This document shows positions 9,439 to 19,415 of a stretch of DNA of 64,000 nt, piece by piece. Numbering within the stretch: the stretch's first letter is position 1; the number at the start of each line of letters is the position of its first letter. The stretch spans positions 2,521,983 to 2,585,982 of the forward strand of contig OZ244783.1 in assembly GCA_965219635.1 (NCBI GenBank). Reading direction: 5' to 3'. The DNA is from Paracoccaceae bacterium (lineage in GTDB: Bacteria > Pseudomonadota > Alphaproteobacteria > Rhodobacterales > Rhodobacteraceae). The position numbers and the translations under genes are program-made. Under the pieces are notes generated by a model. It was not told the DNA's origin, searched no databases, and worked only from the letters and a program-made list of their open reading frames with translations.

Positions 9439-10458
9439 ATGGACATGCACAAGCGGGTTGGACTCCGGGAAATCTCCCAGGAACTCGGACTTGATGTCTC
9501 CACGGTATCGCGCGCCTTGCGAGACGACCCTCGGGTGAGGGCCAGAACATCGGAATTGGTCCGGCGCAAGGCACAAGAACTCAACTATCGCCCAAATCCA
9601 AATGCCCGGGCATTGCGCGGCGGTAAGACAGGCCGCGTAGCTGTCCTGCTGTCCCCGCCGCAGGTACGCTTCGCAAGCCCGATTTTTCTTGAGCTCCTGG
9701 CCACGCTTGACCAGCGATTGAGGGACCTGCGAATGACGCTCGCGGTATTCGCTGCGCGGCACCGCAATGAAGAATACGAAATCGTGAGGTCCATAGTCGA
9801 GGACCGCCTGGCTGATGCTGTGGTGATTGGCCGAACTCGGGAAAACGACACCCGGGTGAGTTATCTCATTGAGACCGGCTTCCCGTTCGTCACTTTCGGC
9901 CGCACTGACTGGCCGGACCAGCATCCGTGGGTTGAGATCGACTATACAGTGGCCGGCCGGCTTGCCATCGAGGCGCTGGCACCGAGCGGCCCGGAGCAAG
10001 TGTTCGTTCTGGCGGCGCCCATGGGCCTGAAATTTGCCGATAACTACGTTACGGGCGCGCAACAGGCTGCAGCGGAACTTGGCGTACCGGAACCAGTGGT
10101 CCAGCGATCCGAAATGACCGAAGAGGCAGGTGAGAGCATCGCCGGCAAGTTATTTGCTTCCGGCAGGCGGCATGCGATTGCGTGCATTCAGGATGCACTT
10201 GCCTTCGGCCTCTACCGCGCAGCAGCGCAAAACGGACGAATTGTCGGCCGCGACATGTCGATATTTGGTGGCCAGAACTTCCCGGGGTCGGAGCACACTG
10301 CGCCGCCTCTCTCGACATTTTCCACCGAAGACAGGATGGTGGCAGAAAGACTATCTGAGGTCATGATTGCCCGTCTCGGGCAGACTGCCAACGGACCGTT
10401 CGAGACCTGCGTGCTCCATCCTGAGCCGATCTTGAGAAAGTCACATATCTTGAAATGA
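9439..10458 (+). CDS. LacI-family transcriptional regulator
   Basis: 339 aa. N-terminal HTH (LREISQELGLDVSTVSRALRDDPRV...RELNYRPN) followed by a PBP1-like effector domain. Confidence 0.9.
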   Translation: MDMHKRVGLREISQELGLDVSTVSRALRDDPRVRARTSELVRRKAQELNYRPNPNARALRGGKTGRVAVLLSPPQVRFASPIFLELLATLDQRLRDLRMTLAVFAARHRNEEYEIVRSIVEDRLADAVVIGRTRENDTRVSYLIETGFPFVTFGRTDWPDQHPWVEIDYTVAGRLAIEALAPSGPEQVFVLAAPMGLKFADNYVTGAQQAAAELGVPEPVVQRSEMTEEAGESIAGKLFASGRRHAIACIQDALAFGLYRAAAQNGRIVGRDMSIFGGQNFPGSEHTAPPLSTFSTEDRMVAERLSEVMIARLGQTANGPFETCVLHPEPILRKSHILK

Positions 10459-10679
10459 ACGACGCCTGCGGCCCGGGTATCCCCCGGTCACTTGCCGGCA
10501 TTCGCAATCATGAAGCCGCCTGCTGGTGGGAGGCTGCGTAGCGGCCGCCGATGTTTGCCATGACGCGCCGCCAGACAGTGAGCAGTTCCACTCCCAGCAG
10601 TACAATAAGATCACTGGTCCAAGAAACTTGCGCTACGGGACCGGGAGTACCATTCGTACAGGACAGGTTTAGGATCAGA

Positions 10680-10756
10680 TGGCGCGCTGGGGAGGATTCG
10701 AACCCCCGACCCCTTGATTCGTAGTCAAGTACTCTATCCAGCTGAGCTACCAGCGC
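10680..10756 (-). tRNA. tRNA-Arg (anticodon ACG), CCA encoded
   Basis: The reverse complement folds as a cloverleaf: acceptor GCGCTGG/CCAGCGC, anticodon stem CTTGA/TCAAG with loop CTACGAA, T-loop TTCGAAT, 3' GCCA. Confidence 0.93.
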
Positions 10757-11362
10757 CGAAGCGGTGGGTTAATCCCAAGCAGGTCGGAATGCAAGAAGCC
10801 TTGTGTCTGGAAACGGGCGGGAACACCGTTGCCAGCTGTGATTTAACAATTGGCTTGAAGAACCGACAGCGTTTGGCAAATGGTACCGTGTCGCATCGCA
10901 TACGGAGCCTAGTTCCGCGGCTGGCAACGCTAGCTGACACGTTTGGTCATCTGCGACCCGCTCAAGTCACTTCATCCAGCACAGGCAGGCTTGCGTTGTG
11001 TTAGCAATGTTCGATGCCTCGAAAACTATCAGGAGCACGGCCGAGTTGACGGGAACAGCCAACCATTTCGGCATTCTCCGGCCGGACCCCACATGGATGG
11101 CAAAGGCTTGCAGGTTCATTCCATATGGGAATTCGGCGAACCGATATTCGCTTAGGCCATGACGACTGACTGAATGGCAGCGGGCGTCCGGGATGTCAGT
11201 CTCTTTCTGACAATTGCCTTGCGAACGCTGCAGCCCGACCAACTCCAATGACGCCATCTTACCCGCACAACAACAACATTACTAAAACAAGAGAGCTTTT
11301 ACCGCACAACAAGTCTCAATTTGTAAGCAACACTGGAACGCGAGCTAAACCCACTATCAACT

Positions 11363-13315
11363 CTATGCTTTGGACATCCGCTTAGCAGCCTCCGCGGTTG
11401 CAGGCAAAGTGAATATGACTTCGGCTCCGGCGGTGTCGGAACCTTTAGGTGGAATGGGATTCTTGGCAATTCTCATCGTACCGCCCATCGTATGAATCCT
11501 GTGCTTGGTCATCTGCAAGCCAACCCCCCAGCTGCGAATCTTCGATTTCTTCGATTTGGATCCCGAACTACGGCTACGATTGGACGTCTCCTTGAGCCCT
11601 CGACCGTTGTCCCTGACCGACACCGAAACTACGCCGTCTTCCTGTCGAGCGTGGATTTCCAGGAATTTGTTCTGCCAAGTTCTCCCGGGCTCCCCCTTCC
11701 TCAACTCACTGACTGAATTTCTGACCAAATTGGAAATAATACTGCGCAAAAGGGCCTTGTTCAAATATACTCGCAGTTCCTCTGGAACACTTAGAACCGC
11801 CTTGAGGACAATGAACTTCTCAGTTACATCACCCCTGGGTTCGTAGTCAGCAAATCTGATGTAACCATTATTGTCAAGCAGGGTCCAACAAAACTTGCGC
11901 AATTCAATAATCTTAGCCCCGTCACAGGGATCTTCCATCGACACAAATTGGAAGAAATCATACATAAAGACCAGCGTATCATCCTGCAATTCGATGAGTA
12001 AGTCTCCCAACTCTTGGAGTTCACGCACGTCAGAGTCGACAGTACTAGCAGTCTCTTTGGCGGTAGCATTAAACTCCTTTGGGTTTGCATGCTGCATGTC
12101 TTTGAACTGGGCCGCCTGGTCTTTGAGGTACTTTCCACTCTTCTTGACACCCTCTATAAGTACTTTTGCGATTTCGCTATGGGTTACCAATTCGTCCTTT
12201 ATGTCATGCTCGACGCCGCTCCTGTCTTCCAACAGTTTTCGAAATTCACCCCTCAAAATATCCATGTTGGCGTTTGCCTCATGAAACTCCCGGAGGCTAC
12301 TCCCATTACTTGACTTTGTTTCGGATCGCCCAATCGGGTCCTTCACAAAATGGGCAGTCCTCTTGATAAAATTTTCGATTTGACCTGTTACTAGCCGGCT
12401 TCCGATGAAGTACATTAGCAACGGCACCACAAGCAAAACTACCGCAGCCTGGATTAGAAATGTCCCGACAAAGTCAACCGTATCGCTGCGGAGTTTGGAC
12501 CCGTTGAGAGTAACCGTCTCAATCGCAACACTGATATCACATTCCTCTACGCTCTCAGGGGGCATGGCTCTGATATTTGTGAGTTGGACGATGCCCCCTT
12601 CTCCCGGCCATAGCAGCCGTCTTGAGGCATTTAGGAAATAGTCGTACAGTTCTAGGTTTTCTAACTCAATTGTATCGCTTCGCGTAGTCGGTTCGACACT
12701 CGAGTTAACAAATCTCGCAAAAACTATTCTATCATCCGGAGGGTCCACTCGATATCTGGATGGCTCGACCCCGTAACGGTCCCAAAGCAACAGGCGTGTT
12801 TCTTCGACCATATTGGTAATTTCTTCCTTGAGCTTCTCGCTTATGCCGCTCGAACTCCCTTCTTCTTTGTTAGCGTCAGCTCTTTGTGTTTCGCCAGTTT
12901 CTTCTTGACAATCAGCCTCCCCTTGTTCACCAGTTTCTTCTTGACCATCAATTCTCTGTTGGTCGTCGGTCTCCTTTTTGCCTCCAGTTTCCCCTTGGTC
13001 GGCAGTTGTCGACTTAACGCCTGTTTCCTCTTGGTCGTCAGTGCTGATGTACAAAATCTTGACGGCAAATTGCCCAGCCAGATCGGCGCTTGCAACAGCA
13101 TTCTGCAGCTGAAAGCGTTCAAATATCGATAGCAGCATGACAAACAGCAGTACCTGGGCAAACAATACAAATTGAAACGTCCGGATAAATAATCCACGAC
13201 CAACAGATGACAGTTCTCGTTTGGAACCATTATTGCTGGTCGAACGGTCAGGATTCCCACCGCTTTGCCGACTTCTTCCTTTTGCAAGAAAATGCGTTCT
13301 GATCTTGGTAAACAA
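11363..13315 (-). CDS. Orphan membrane sensor histidine-kinase-like protein with an acidic repeat in the periplasmic loop
   Basis: 650 aa with two TM segments (about aa 42-65 and 283-306). C-terminal HATPase_c motifs: N-box LRSIISNLVRNSV, G1 VRDNGRGL, G2 WGVGLQMT. Possible H-box VEHDIKDEL. Clearly lower GC than its flanks. No response regulator nearby. Confidence 0.6.
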   Translation of the reverse strand: MFTKIRTHFLAKGRSRQSGGNPDRSTSNNGSKRELSSVGRGLFIRTFQFVLFAQVLLFVMLLSIFERFQLQNAVASADLAGQFAVKILYISTDDQEETGVKSTTADQGETGGKKETDDQQRIDGQEETGEQGEADCQEETGETQRADANKEEGSSSGISEKLKEEITNMVEETRLLLWDRYGVEPSRYRVDPPDDRIVFARFVNSSVEPTTRSDTIELENLELYDYFLNASRRLLWPGEGGIVQLTNIRAMPPESVEECDISVAIETVTLNGSKLRSDTVDFVGTFLIQAAVVLLVVPLLMYFIGSRLVTGQIENFIKRTAHFVKDPIGRSETKSSNGSSLREFHEANANMDILRGEFRKLLEDRSGVEHDIKDELVTHSEIAKVLIEGVKKSGKYLKDQAAQFKDMQHANPKEFNATAKETASTVDSDVRELQELGDLLIELQDDTLVFMYDFFQFVSMEDPCDGAKIIELRKFCWTLLDNNGYIRFADYEPRGDVTEKFIVLKAVLSVPEELRVYLNKALLRSIISNLVRNSVSELRKGEPGRTWQNKFLEIHARQEDGVVSVSVRDNGRGLKETSNRSRSSGSKSKKSKIRSWGVGLQMTKHRIHTMGGTMRIAKNPIPPKGSDTAGAEVIFTLPATAEAAKRMSKA

Positions 13316-13690
13316 CCTGACCTCCCTATCACCTTACCCGGACTGACAATTCTGGATCGGATTGCCCGCCGCACGGCTAGATTTGCTCGATGTGGCCGCC
13401 AACTGGATCAATTCAGGAAAGATCCAGTAGAAAACTCGGCTTGCCTTGGCATTTACACACAGGCCGGAGTGTCACTTCCTTCAATATGCCCAGCTAAGGC
13501 ATCTGCCGCGATACCACAATCTGGCTTCCCTTCCAACAGTTCGTGTTAGCCAACTGCCAATGTCTCAAACGCTAGCAGTATTTGGCGCAAGGGTAAGTCG
13601 ACCAACCGCATGGCCTTGGACACTCGACGGCAAGTCGAGGTGCAGCCGGGTTTGCTCCATCGAACCCTGATGCAAGGCTTCGGGCTGGCG

Positions 13691-14416
13691 TTACCGGGTT
13701 CGCCGCGCCAGCCTGATCACGATCGGCAATGCTGCCAAGGCACACAAGGCAAGGATTGGTCCGAGAATATTCCACTGCCAGATGATTCCGAAGTCGGGCA
13801 CCCCGCCTGCCTCAAGCACCTCTCCGAGGCCGACGCCGACCCAAGTATAGACCAGAGTGCCGGGAATGATGCCCAGAAACGTTGTTATGGCAAAGTTTCG
13901 GAAACCAACTCCTACAAGTGCTGGGAGCAGGTTGGCGACAAAGAACGGAACGGCCGGCACCAGCCGCAATAGGAACAGTACGCTGATTTCGTTCTCCCGC
14001 AGACCCTCCCGCAGTTTTTGCACCCGTCCGGAAGCTGAATCGACCTTGCCGGAAAGATAGTCGCCTAGCCCCATCTTGGCTGCGGCGAATATCGCTGATG
14101 CGCCAATCGTCGCAGCGACGACATTGTAGATTACCCCTGGAAACAGACCGAACAGGAACCCGCCTGTCAGGGTCGCCACGGTTGCTCCAGGCAGGGAGAA
14201 CGCGACAATGACCACATAGACAAGGATGAATACCAGTGAAGTTACAAGGAAGTTGGTGTCGCGAAAATCAAGCAGCAACTGCCGATTCTGGCTGAGAGCC
14301 TCAAAGGACAGGTTGTCCCTGAAGGCAACAAACACGACTAGGGCAACGAGGATGATGACAAGCAGTGGCAATAGCCGCTTGAAGCTGAGGCCTGGTCTTC
14401 CTGATTGATCGTTCAC
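13691..14416 (-). CDS. TVP38/TMEM64 (DedA-related, SNARE-associated) family membrane protein
   Basis: 241 aa, multi-TM. LPGATVATLTGGFLFG, FLLRLVPAVPFFVANL and FLGIIPGTLVYTWVG are typical of the family. Confidence 0.8.
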   Translation of the reverse strand: MNDQSGRPGLSFKRLLPLLVIILVALVVFVAFRDNLSFEALSQNRQLLLDFRDTNFLVTSLVFILVYVVIVAFSLPGATVATLTGGFLFGLFPGVIYNVVAATIGASAIFAAAKMGLGDYLSGKVDSASGRVQKLREGLRENEISVLFLLRLVPAVPFFVANLLPALVGVGFRNFAITTFLGIIPGTLVYTWVGVGLGEVLEAGGVPDFGIIWQWNILGPILALCALAALPIVIRLARRTR

Positions 14417-14934
14417 TTTACCAATTCCTGTTCAGAGTGATTGTTCCACCTGGTTGCTGACAGCAACTATCACAGATTCCGGCCGGGTTCATGCCAGGTT
14501 TCGGCGTAATTCTCTTTACCGCTGGCGCTTCATGGCTGGCCCTACATAATCTGCCCGGCAGCGCACCGCGCTTCACGAATTGCCAACGGGGTGGAATGAG
14601 GTGACCCCACTCTTTGGCCAAGTCGTTGGGTCGGACTCCGATGCCGATAGGAGACAATGGGACTGCAATAGTGAGACGGCGCATTGCAAAGGATTCCCGG
14701 AGGCGGGTGGTGCTGGAGATGCTTCGGTTGGGTAGATCAATTCAGCCGAATTCAGTCACGGAAATCTGCCTGTCCAAAACACTGATACCAATGCAGGTCA
14801 TGGACGCAGCGCCAACTGGCGTGATGCACCCCAAAGTTGGGATTGATTACGCCTGGTTGCCGGCAGTGCGCATCTGGCATGAAGCATGCAGCCCATGTCT
14901 CAAGCATTGACACGATCATAAGTCGGCATGCATG

Positions 14935-16040
14935 GCCACGAACTCTCCTGCGACCACCCTGTTGGAAGAACACCTCGCTGGATCGCTTCACGGCTGTTTC
15001 GAACCTCATCAAACTGCCGCCGGGAGAGCTTGAGGTATGCAGTTCATCCCTTTTGCCCGCTATCGCCCAAAATAGTGGACGAAGCCCTCTGGCTTTCTGG
15101 TTTACTGGCCATCAGGCATCGGATCGAAAAAGAAAATTGAGCAAACTGTCTGCCATAGGGAGGTTGCTGCTCGGCAATGCTGATCCCAATATCCGCAGAT
15201 TAGCAACTGGACGACCAGGCTTTGTCGGCAGCGGTGATGCAGAGCATCATTCCGACGATGGCGAAATCGAGAGGGCTGGCCTGTCCATCACGGCCGCATC
15301 GGTTGGCACGAGTTGGGCGGTCGCACAGCAGGGGCAGGTGACGCTGTCGGTGCCGGTCAAGGCGGAAGTTGTTCAGCTCAAGACCGATGGAGACGGAACA
15401 ACAGCGATCGGAGGCCTTTCGATCAAGAGCTGGCGAGCAAGCAGCGGCCTCGAAGCGGCCCATTCCGGTCTCGCGTTGGACGCCGGTTGGGTTCTCATAC
15501 CACGCGGCTCAGTGCCATTCCGCTGCGATGGCGGCGACGGTGTCACGGGCAAGGGCATTGAAGATTGCGACGGTTTCGGCCTGCACGCGCCGGACTCCCG
15601 ATTGAGCCTGAATGCCAGCGGCCGTTGGCTTGCTACACACTCGGCCGCCGCTCAGTGCGGATGGGGCGCCAGCATTGGTGTGCAGGTTGCACCGACCCCC
15701 GGGGCAGCGGCCGGTCGGCTTCTCTTCGCCAGGAAAGGGGGTTGCAGCAAGGATACGCCCTGCCGGACGACACTCTATTGCAGAGAAGCACTGGCGGACC
15801 TGCATCGACGCTTGGCTCTCTGGCAGTGAGAGCCGGCTACGGATTTGGCATGATGGAGGACATGATGACGCTCTCTGCCTATGCGAGATTGGCGCAACTG
15901 ACGAAGAGGATGTGCCCCATTTCGGAGCTGGCATGGAATTTGCACTGCCGCGTGGTCTCGCCGCAAAATTGAGAGCAGAGCATATTGATGCAATCGATCC
16001 CGATACCCTCACTGGTACAGGCGTCCATCTGCGCTTCTGA
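14935..16040 (+). pseudogene. Decayed autotransporter translocator domain (third paralogue), passenger deleted
   Basis: Pieces in three or more frames align to the C-termini of the 21074-23677 and 50709-64000 proteins. Examples: ...IERAGLSITAAS...VTLSVPVKAEVVQLKT...DGGDGVTGKGIE...; then SASLRQERGLQ...AGYGFGMM; then EEDVPHFGAGMEFALP...GVHLRF*. Frameshifts near about 15700 and about 15895. The 5' part (14935-15220) is much more degraded. No signal peptide or passenger. Confidence 0.75.
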
Positions 16041-16175
16041 TCGTTGATGCCGGTTTAGCGTTGAGCAAATAGTCAGGAATTTGTTGACAGTGTTTATGGC
16101 AACCTGTAGGTGCCGCCGTTCCGATCGTGTGGTATTGCGCGGCAGATCGGGACTTCGAATATTGCGGGGTGAACC

Positions 16176-16310
16176 ATGAAACGGACATTTCAACCAAGCA
16201 ACAGGGTGCGGAAGCGCCGTCATGGATTCCGTGCAAGAATGTCCGATCGCGCTGGCCGAAGGATACTCAACCGACGGCGCGCCCGGGGACGCAAGACACT
16301 CAGCGCCTAG
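16176..16310 (+). CDS. rpmH: 50S ribosomal protein L34
   Basis: 44-aa ORF absent from the ORF track (below its length cutoff): [44 protein letters not shown]. Canonical position upstream of rnpA. Confidence 0.93.
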   Translation: MKRTFQPSNRVRKRRHGFRARMSDRAGRRILNRRRARGRKTLSA

Positions 16311-16350
16311 CAGCCTGCCTCCGTCTGCCGGGCAAGCGGATGTCGGCAAG

Positions 16351-16761
16351 ATGCAGAACTCACAACCGGGCAATAACCCCGCCAAAATTGTTGCGATCAA
16401 GCATCGGCGAGACTTTCTTAGGGCGGCGCGTGGCCAAAAGAGCGCCAAACCAACCTTGCTGCTGCAGGCTCGAAGGCGGGAAGGCAGCGGACCTCAAGAC
16501 GAAATCCGGCTCGGTTTGACCTGCTCCAGGAAAGTCGGTGGCGCCGTGGTTCGAAACCGGGCACGAAGAAGATTGCGCGAGGCAGCCCGGTCAATCCTTC
16601 CAAACCATGGCAAGGGAGGCTGGGACTATGTCCTGGTAGGAAGGTTCAAGGCAACCGCCGAACGTCCGTTCCTGGAGTTGACCAGCGACCTGAAGGCGGC
16701 CCTTGCCGGAGTGCATCGGCCATTCAGCGGTCGCGATACGAAAAAACGAGGCCCCTGTTGA
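16351..16761 (+). CDS. rnpA: Ribonuclease P protein component
   Basis: The ORF track starts at 16222, inside rpmH. ATG 16351 gives a 136-aa basic protein (...[26 protein letters not shown]...DYVLV) in the rpmH-rnpA-yidD-yidC order. Confidence 0.85.
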   Translation: MQNSQPGNNPAKIVAIKHRRDFLRAARGQKSAKPTLLLQARRREGSGPQDEIRLGLTCSRKVGGAVVRNRARRRLREAARSILPNHGKGGWDYVLVGRFKATAERPFLELTSDLKAALAGVHRPFSGRDTKKRGPC

Positions 16762-16979
16762 CCCCCCTGGCATTCGTAGTTTCGATTCCAGTCCGCATCT
16801 ACAGGCTGTTTGGAAGCCCCTTTCTTGGCATGCACTGCCGATTTCAACCGACTTGCTCAGCATATGCCATGGAGGCACTCCAGCGCCATGGCGCAGCCAA
16901 GGGATCATGGCTAACCATCAGGCGACTGGCCCGCTGTCACCCATGGGGAGGGTCAGGAGTGGATCCGGTACCAGACTGA
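16758..16979 (+). CDS. yidD: Membrane protein insertion efficiency factor YidD
   Basis: 73 aa, TTG start overlapping the rnpA stop. Motifs [18 protein letters not shown] and [12 protein letters not shown] are YidD hallmarks. Confidence 0.9.
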   Translation: MTPLAFVVSIPVRIYRLFGSPFLGMHCRFQPTCSAYAMEALQRHGAAKGSWLTIRRLARCHPWGGSGVDPVPD

Positions 16980-17397
16980 AACGGGCTGCTGTTCTCATGG
17001 CATCCACTAGCGCGCGAATGTCCTTTCCTGATTGGGCAGTTGCGCGGCCGCAAGATCCGCAACTGCAATCTTGTCCGCAACCGCTCCGGAAATTCGGCAG
17101 GACTTCATGGACGCCAATGAATGAAAAACCAGGACTGCTTCCTTGACCGCCAAACAGGATGGGCTGCACCTGTGGTTTCGCTTGCTGGCTGGATTGCGTT
17201 CATCAGCATTCCGCCATGCCGGCCGGCGCGACGCTGCCTCAATTCGCGGCTGGCGCAGAGATCGCTGTCATGCAAACAGCAAATTCATTAGAACCCGGCC
17301 ATTAGATTGCTGAACCAATGGTCAATTCCCTTGACCTTCAATGCCCATCTTCTATTGAACGGGCCGGCGTTAGAACAGCCAAGGGCAGCCCAATAAG

Positions 17398-19335
17398 ATG
17401 GACGAGCAGAACAGGAACCTCATTCTTGCAACCGCGCTCAGCTTTCTGGTCGTGCTCGCATGGTTCTTCATTTTTCCGCCTGAAGAACCACAGGTCGAGC
17501 AAGCGGTGCAGACGCAGCCCCAGGAGACTGCCCAGGTAACGGGCGATTTTGCTGCCGCCCCCCCGATGGCTGAGGATCTGCCGGTAACCCAAGCCGGCCC
17601 GGCAACGCCAACGGCAGCAGAGTCGGAGCCTGAAACCGGTGCCCGCCGGCTACCCATTGAGACACCGAGCCTGGTCGGTTCGATACTTCTCACTGGTGGT
17701 AGGCTCGACGATCTTTCACTCAGCCAATACCGGTCAACGGTGGACCCTAACTCCGAGATTGTCAGGCTGCTGTCTCCCTCAGGAACTGCGGAGCCATATT
17801 ATGCCCTGTTCGGCTGGGCGCCTGCCGGTTCGCTCGAATATGCCGATGTTCCTGGCGCAACGACACCTTGGGACCTCGAAAGCGGCGTAGAATTGTCGCC
17901 GGACAATCCGGTCACGCTTGTCTGGAAAAACGGAAGCGGCCTCGAATTCCGTCGGAGGATCGAGGTTGACGAAAGGTACATGTTCTCGATTACCCAGAGC
18001 GTCGTGAATTCCTCCAACGACCCGGTCAGGATGGCGCCCTACGGCATTATTGCCCGCCACGGCGAGCCGGACGGCTACAATTTCTTCATCTTGCACGAAG
18101 GCGTGATCCAAATGGCCGACGGCCAACTCAAGGAATCCGACTACGGCGATGTTGAGGATTTCCCATCCGATGCGCGTGAGGGTGCAAATGCAGACTTCAC
18201 GGAAATCCAACAGAATGGATGGATTGGATTCACCGACAAATACTGGATGACAACCCTGATCCCTGCTCCGGGCCAATCATTCAATGCAGTTTCCAAATAT
18301 ACCGCCCGCCACGACATCTATCAGACGGAAACCCGCTTGCCGACATTGGAGATTGCGCCCGGTTCGAGTGTTTCTGTCGAGTCGCGTCTGTTCGCCGGTG
18401 CAAAGGAATGGGAAGCAATCCGGGCCTATGAGCAAGATCACTCCATCGATCGGTTTGTAGACTCCATCGACTGGGGATGGTTCTTTTTCCTGACCAAGCC
18501 GATCTTCATGCTGCTCCACTGGATCAACTCCATTATCGGCAACATGGGTTGGTCAATCATCTGCCTGACGGTTGTCATCAAGGCCGTCTTGTTTCCGCTT
18601 GCCTTCAAGTCCTACGTCTCGATTGCCAAGATGAAAGAACTCCAGCCGGAGATGATGAAGATCAAGGAAATGGCCGGGGACGACAGGAAGCTCATGCAGG
18701 CCAAGACCATGGAGCTTTACAAGACCAGGAAGATCAATCCTGCAGCCGGTTGCCTGCCAATCCTGCCACAGATCCCGATCTTTTTCTCGCTCTACAAGGT
18801 CATATTCGTCACGATCGAGTTACGGCACGCACCGTTCATGTTGTGGATCAACGATCTTTCGGCGCCCGACCCGACTTCCATACTCAATCTGTTTGGGCTT
18901 CTGCCTTGGGGAACACCAGACCCCAGTTCTCTGTTCTCAATTGTCTCGCTGGGCGTTCTGCCAATTCTGCTGGGCATCTCGATGTGGCTTCAGCAGAAAC
19001 TTAACCCAGCGCCGACGGATCCAACCCAGGCGGCGGTATTTGCATGGATGCCATGGATTTTCATGTTCATGCTTGGACAGTTTGCCAGCGGATTGATCAT
19101 TTACTGGATCGCCAACAATGTGATCACCTTCGCCCAGCAGTATATCATCATGCGCAGCCAGGGGGTGAAACCGGACATAATTGGCAATATCGCCGAAGGC
19201 ATGAGCAAGACAGCCGGCATGATCCGCGGTAAACCGAAGGAAGAAAAGTCGGAAAAGGATCCGCCTCCCAAGCCCGATCCCAAACCACCTGAAGCGCGCC
19301 GCAAGTCAGGCAAGCCCCGTCGGCGCCGGAAGTAA
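17398..19335 (+). CDS. yidC: Membrane protein insertase YidC
   Basis: 645 aa. N-terminal TM, large periplasmic domain, C-terminal 5-TM core (KMKELQPEM, NPAAGCLPILPQIPIFFSLY) and a basic tail. Confidence 0.93.
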   Translation: MDEQNRNLILATALSFLVVLAWFFIFPPEEPQVEQAVQTQPQETAQVTGDFAAAPPMAEDLPVTQAGPATPTAAESEPETGARRLPIETPSLVGSILLTGGRLDDLSLSQYRSTVDPNSEIVRLLSPSGTAEPYYALFGWAPAGSLEYADVPGATTPWDLESGVELSPDNPVTLVWKNGSGLEFRRRIEVDERYMFSITQSVVNSSNDPVRMAPYGIIARHGEPDGYNFFILHEGVIQMADGQLKESDYGDVEDFPSDAREGANADFTEIQQNGWIGFTDKYWMTTLIPAPGQSFNAVSKYTARHDIYQTETRLPTLEIAPGSSVSVESRLFAGAKEWEAIRAYEQDHSIDRFVDSIDWGWFFFLTKPIFMLLHWINSIIGNMGWSIICLTVVIKAVLFPLAFKSYVSIAKMKELQPEMMKIKEMAGDDRKLMQAKTMELYKTRKINPAAGCLPILPQIPIFFSLYKVIFVTIELRHAPFMLWINDLSAPDPTSILNLFGLLPWGTPDPSSLFSIVSLGVLPILLGISMWLQQKLNPAPTDPTQAAVFAWMPWIFMFMLGQFASGLIIYWIANNVITFAQQYIIMRSQGVKPDIIGNIAEGMSKTAGMIRGKPKEEKSEKDPPPKPDPKPPEARRKSGKPRRRRK

Positions 19336-19415
19336 CCTGGACGCATTGCGGTAGCAAACCGCCGGAAGCGCAAGTAGGGTCTGACCCTTTCCATGCGTCA
19401 ATCGCAGGTCGGCAA

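Noticed and set aside
10757-11362. Integrase gene, att direct repeat or other island hallmark next to tRNA-Arg
   Set aside because: None of the short ORFs here resembles a recombinase. I found no repeat of the tRNA 3' end. The low-GC patch lies on the 5' side of the tRNA, not the usual 3' integration side.
14837-15829. 330-aa ORF as an intact gene
   Set aside because: Only its C-terminal two thirds resemble the autotransporter barrel. It then continues in two other frames. The N-terminal third has no signal peptide or recognisable domain. Treated as part of the pseudogene 14935-16040.
16084-16112. Perfect TTGACA hexamer as the -35 element of an rpmH promoter
   Set aside because: The best -10 candidate at 17-nt spacing is TAGGTG, a poor match. 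Too weak to annotate without transcript data.
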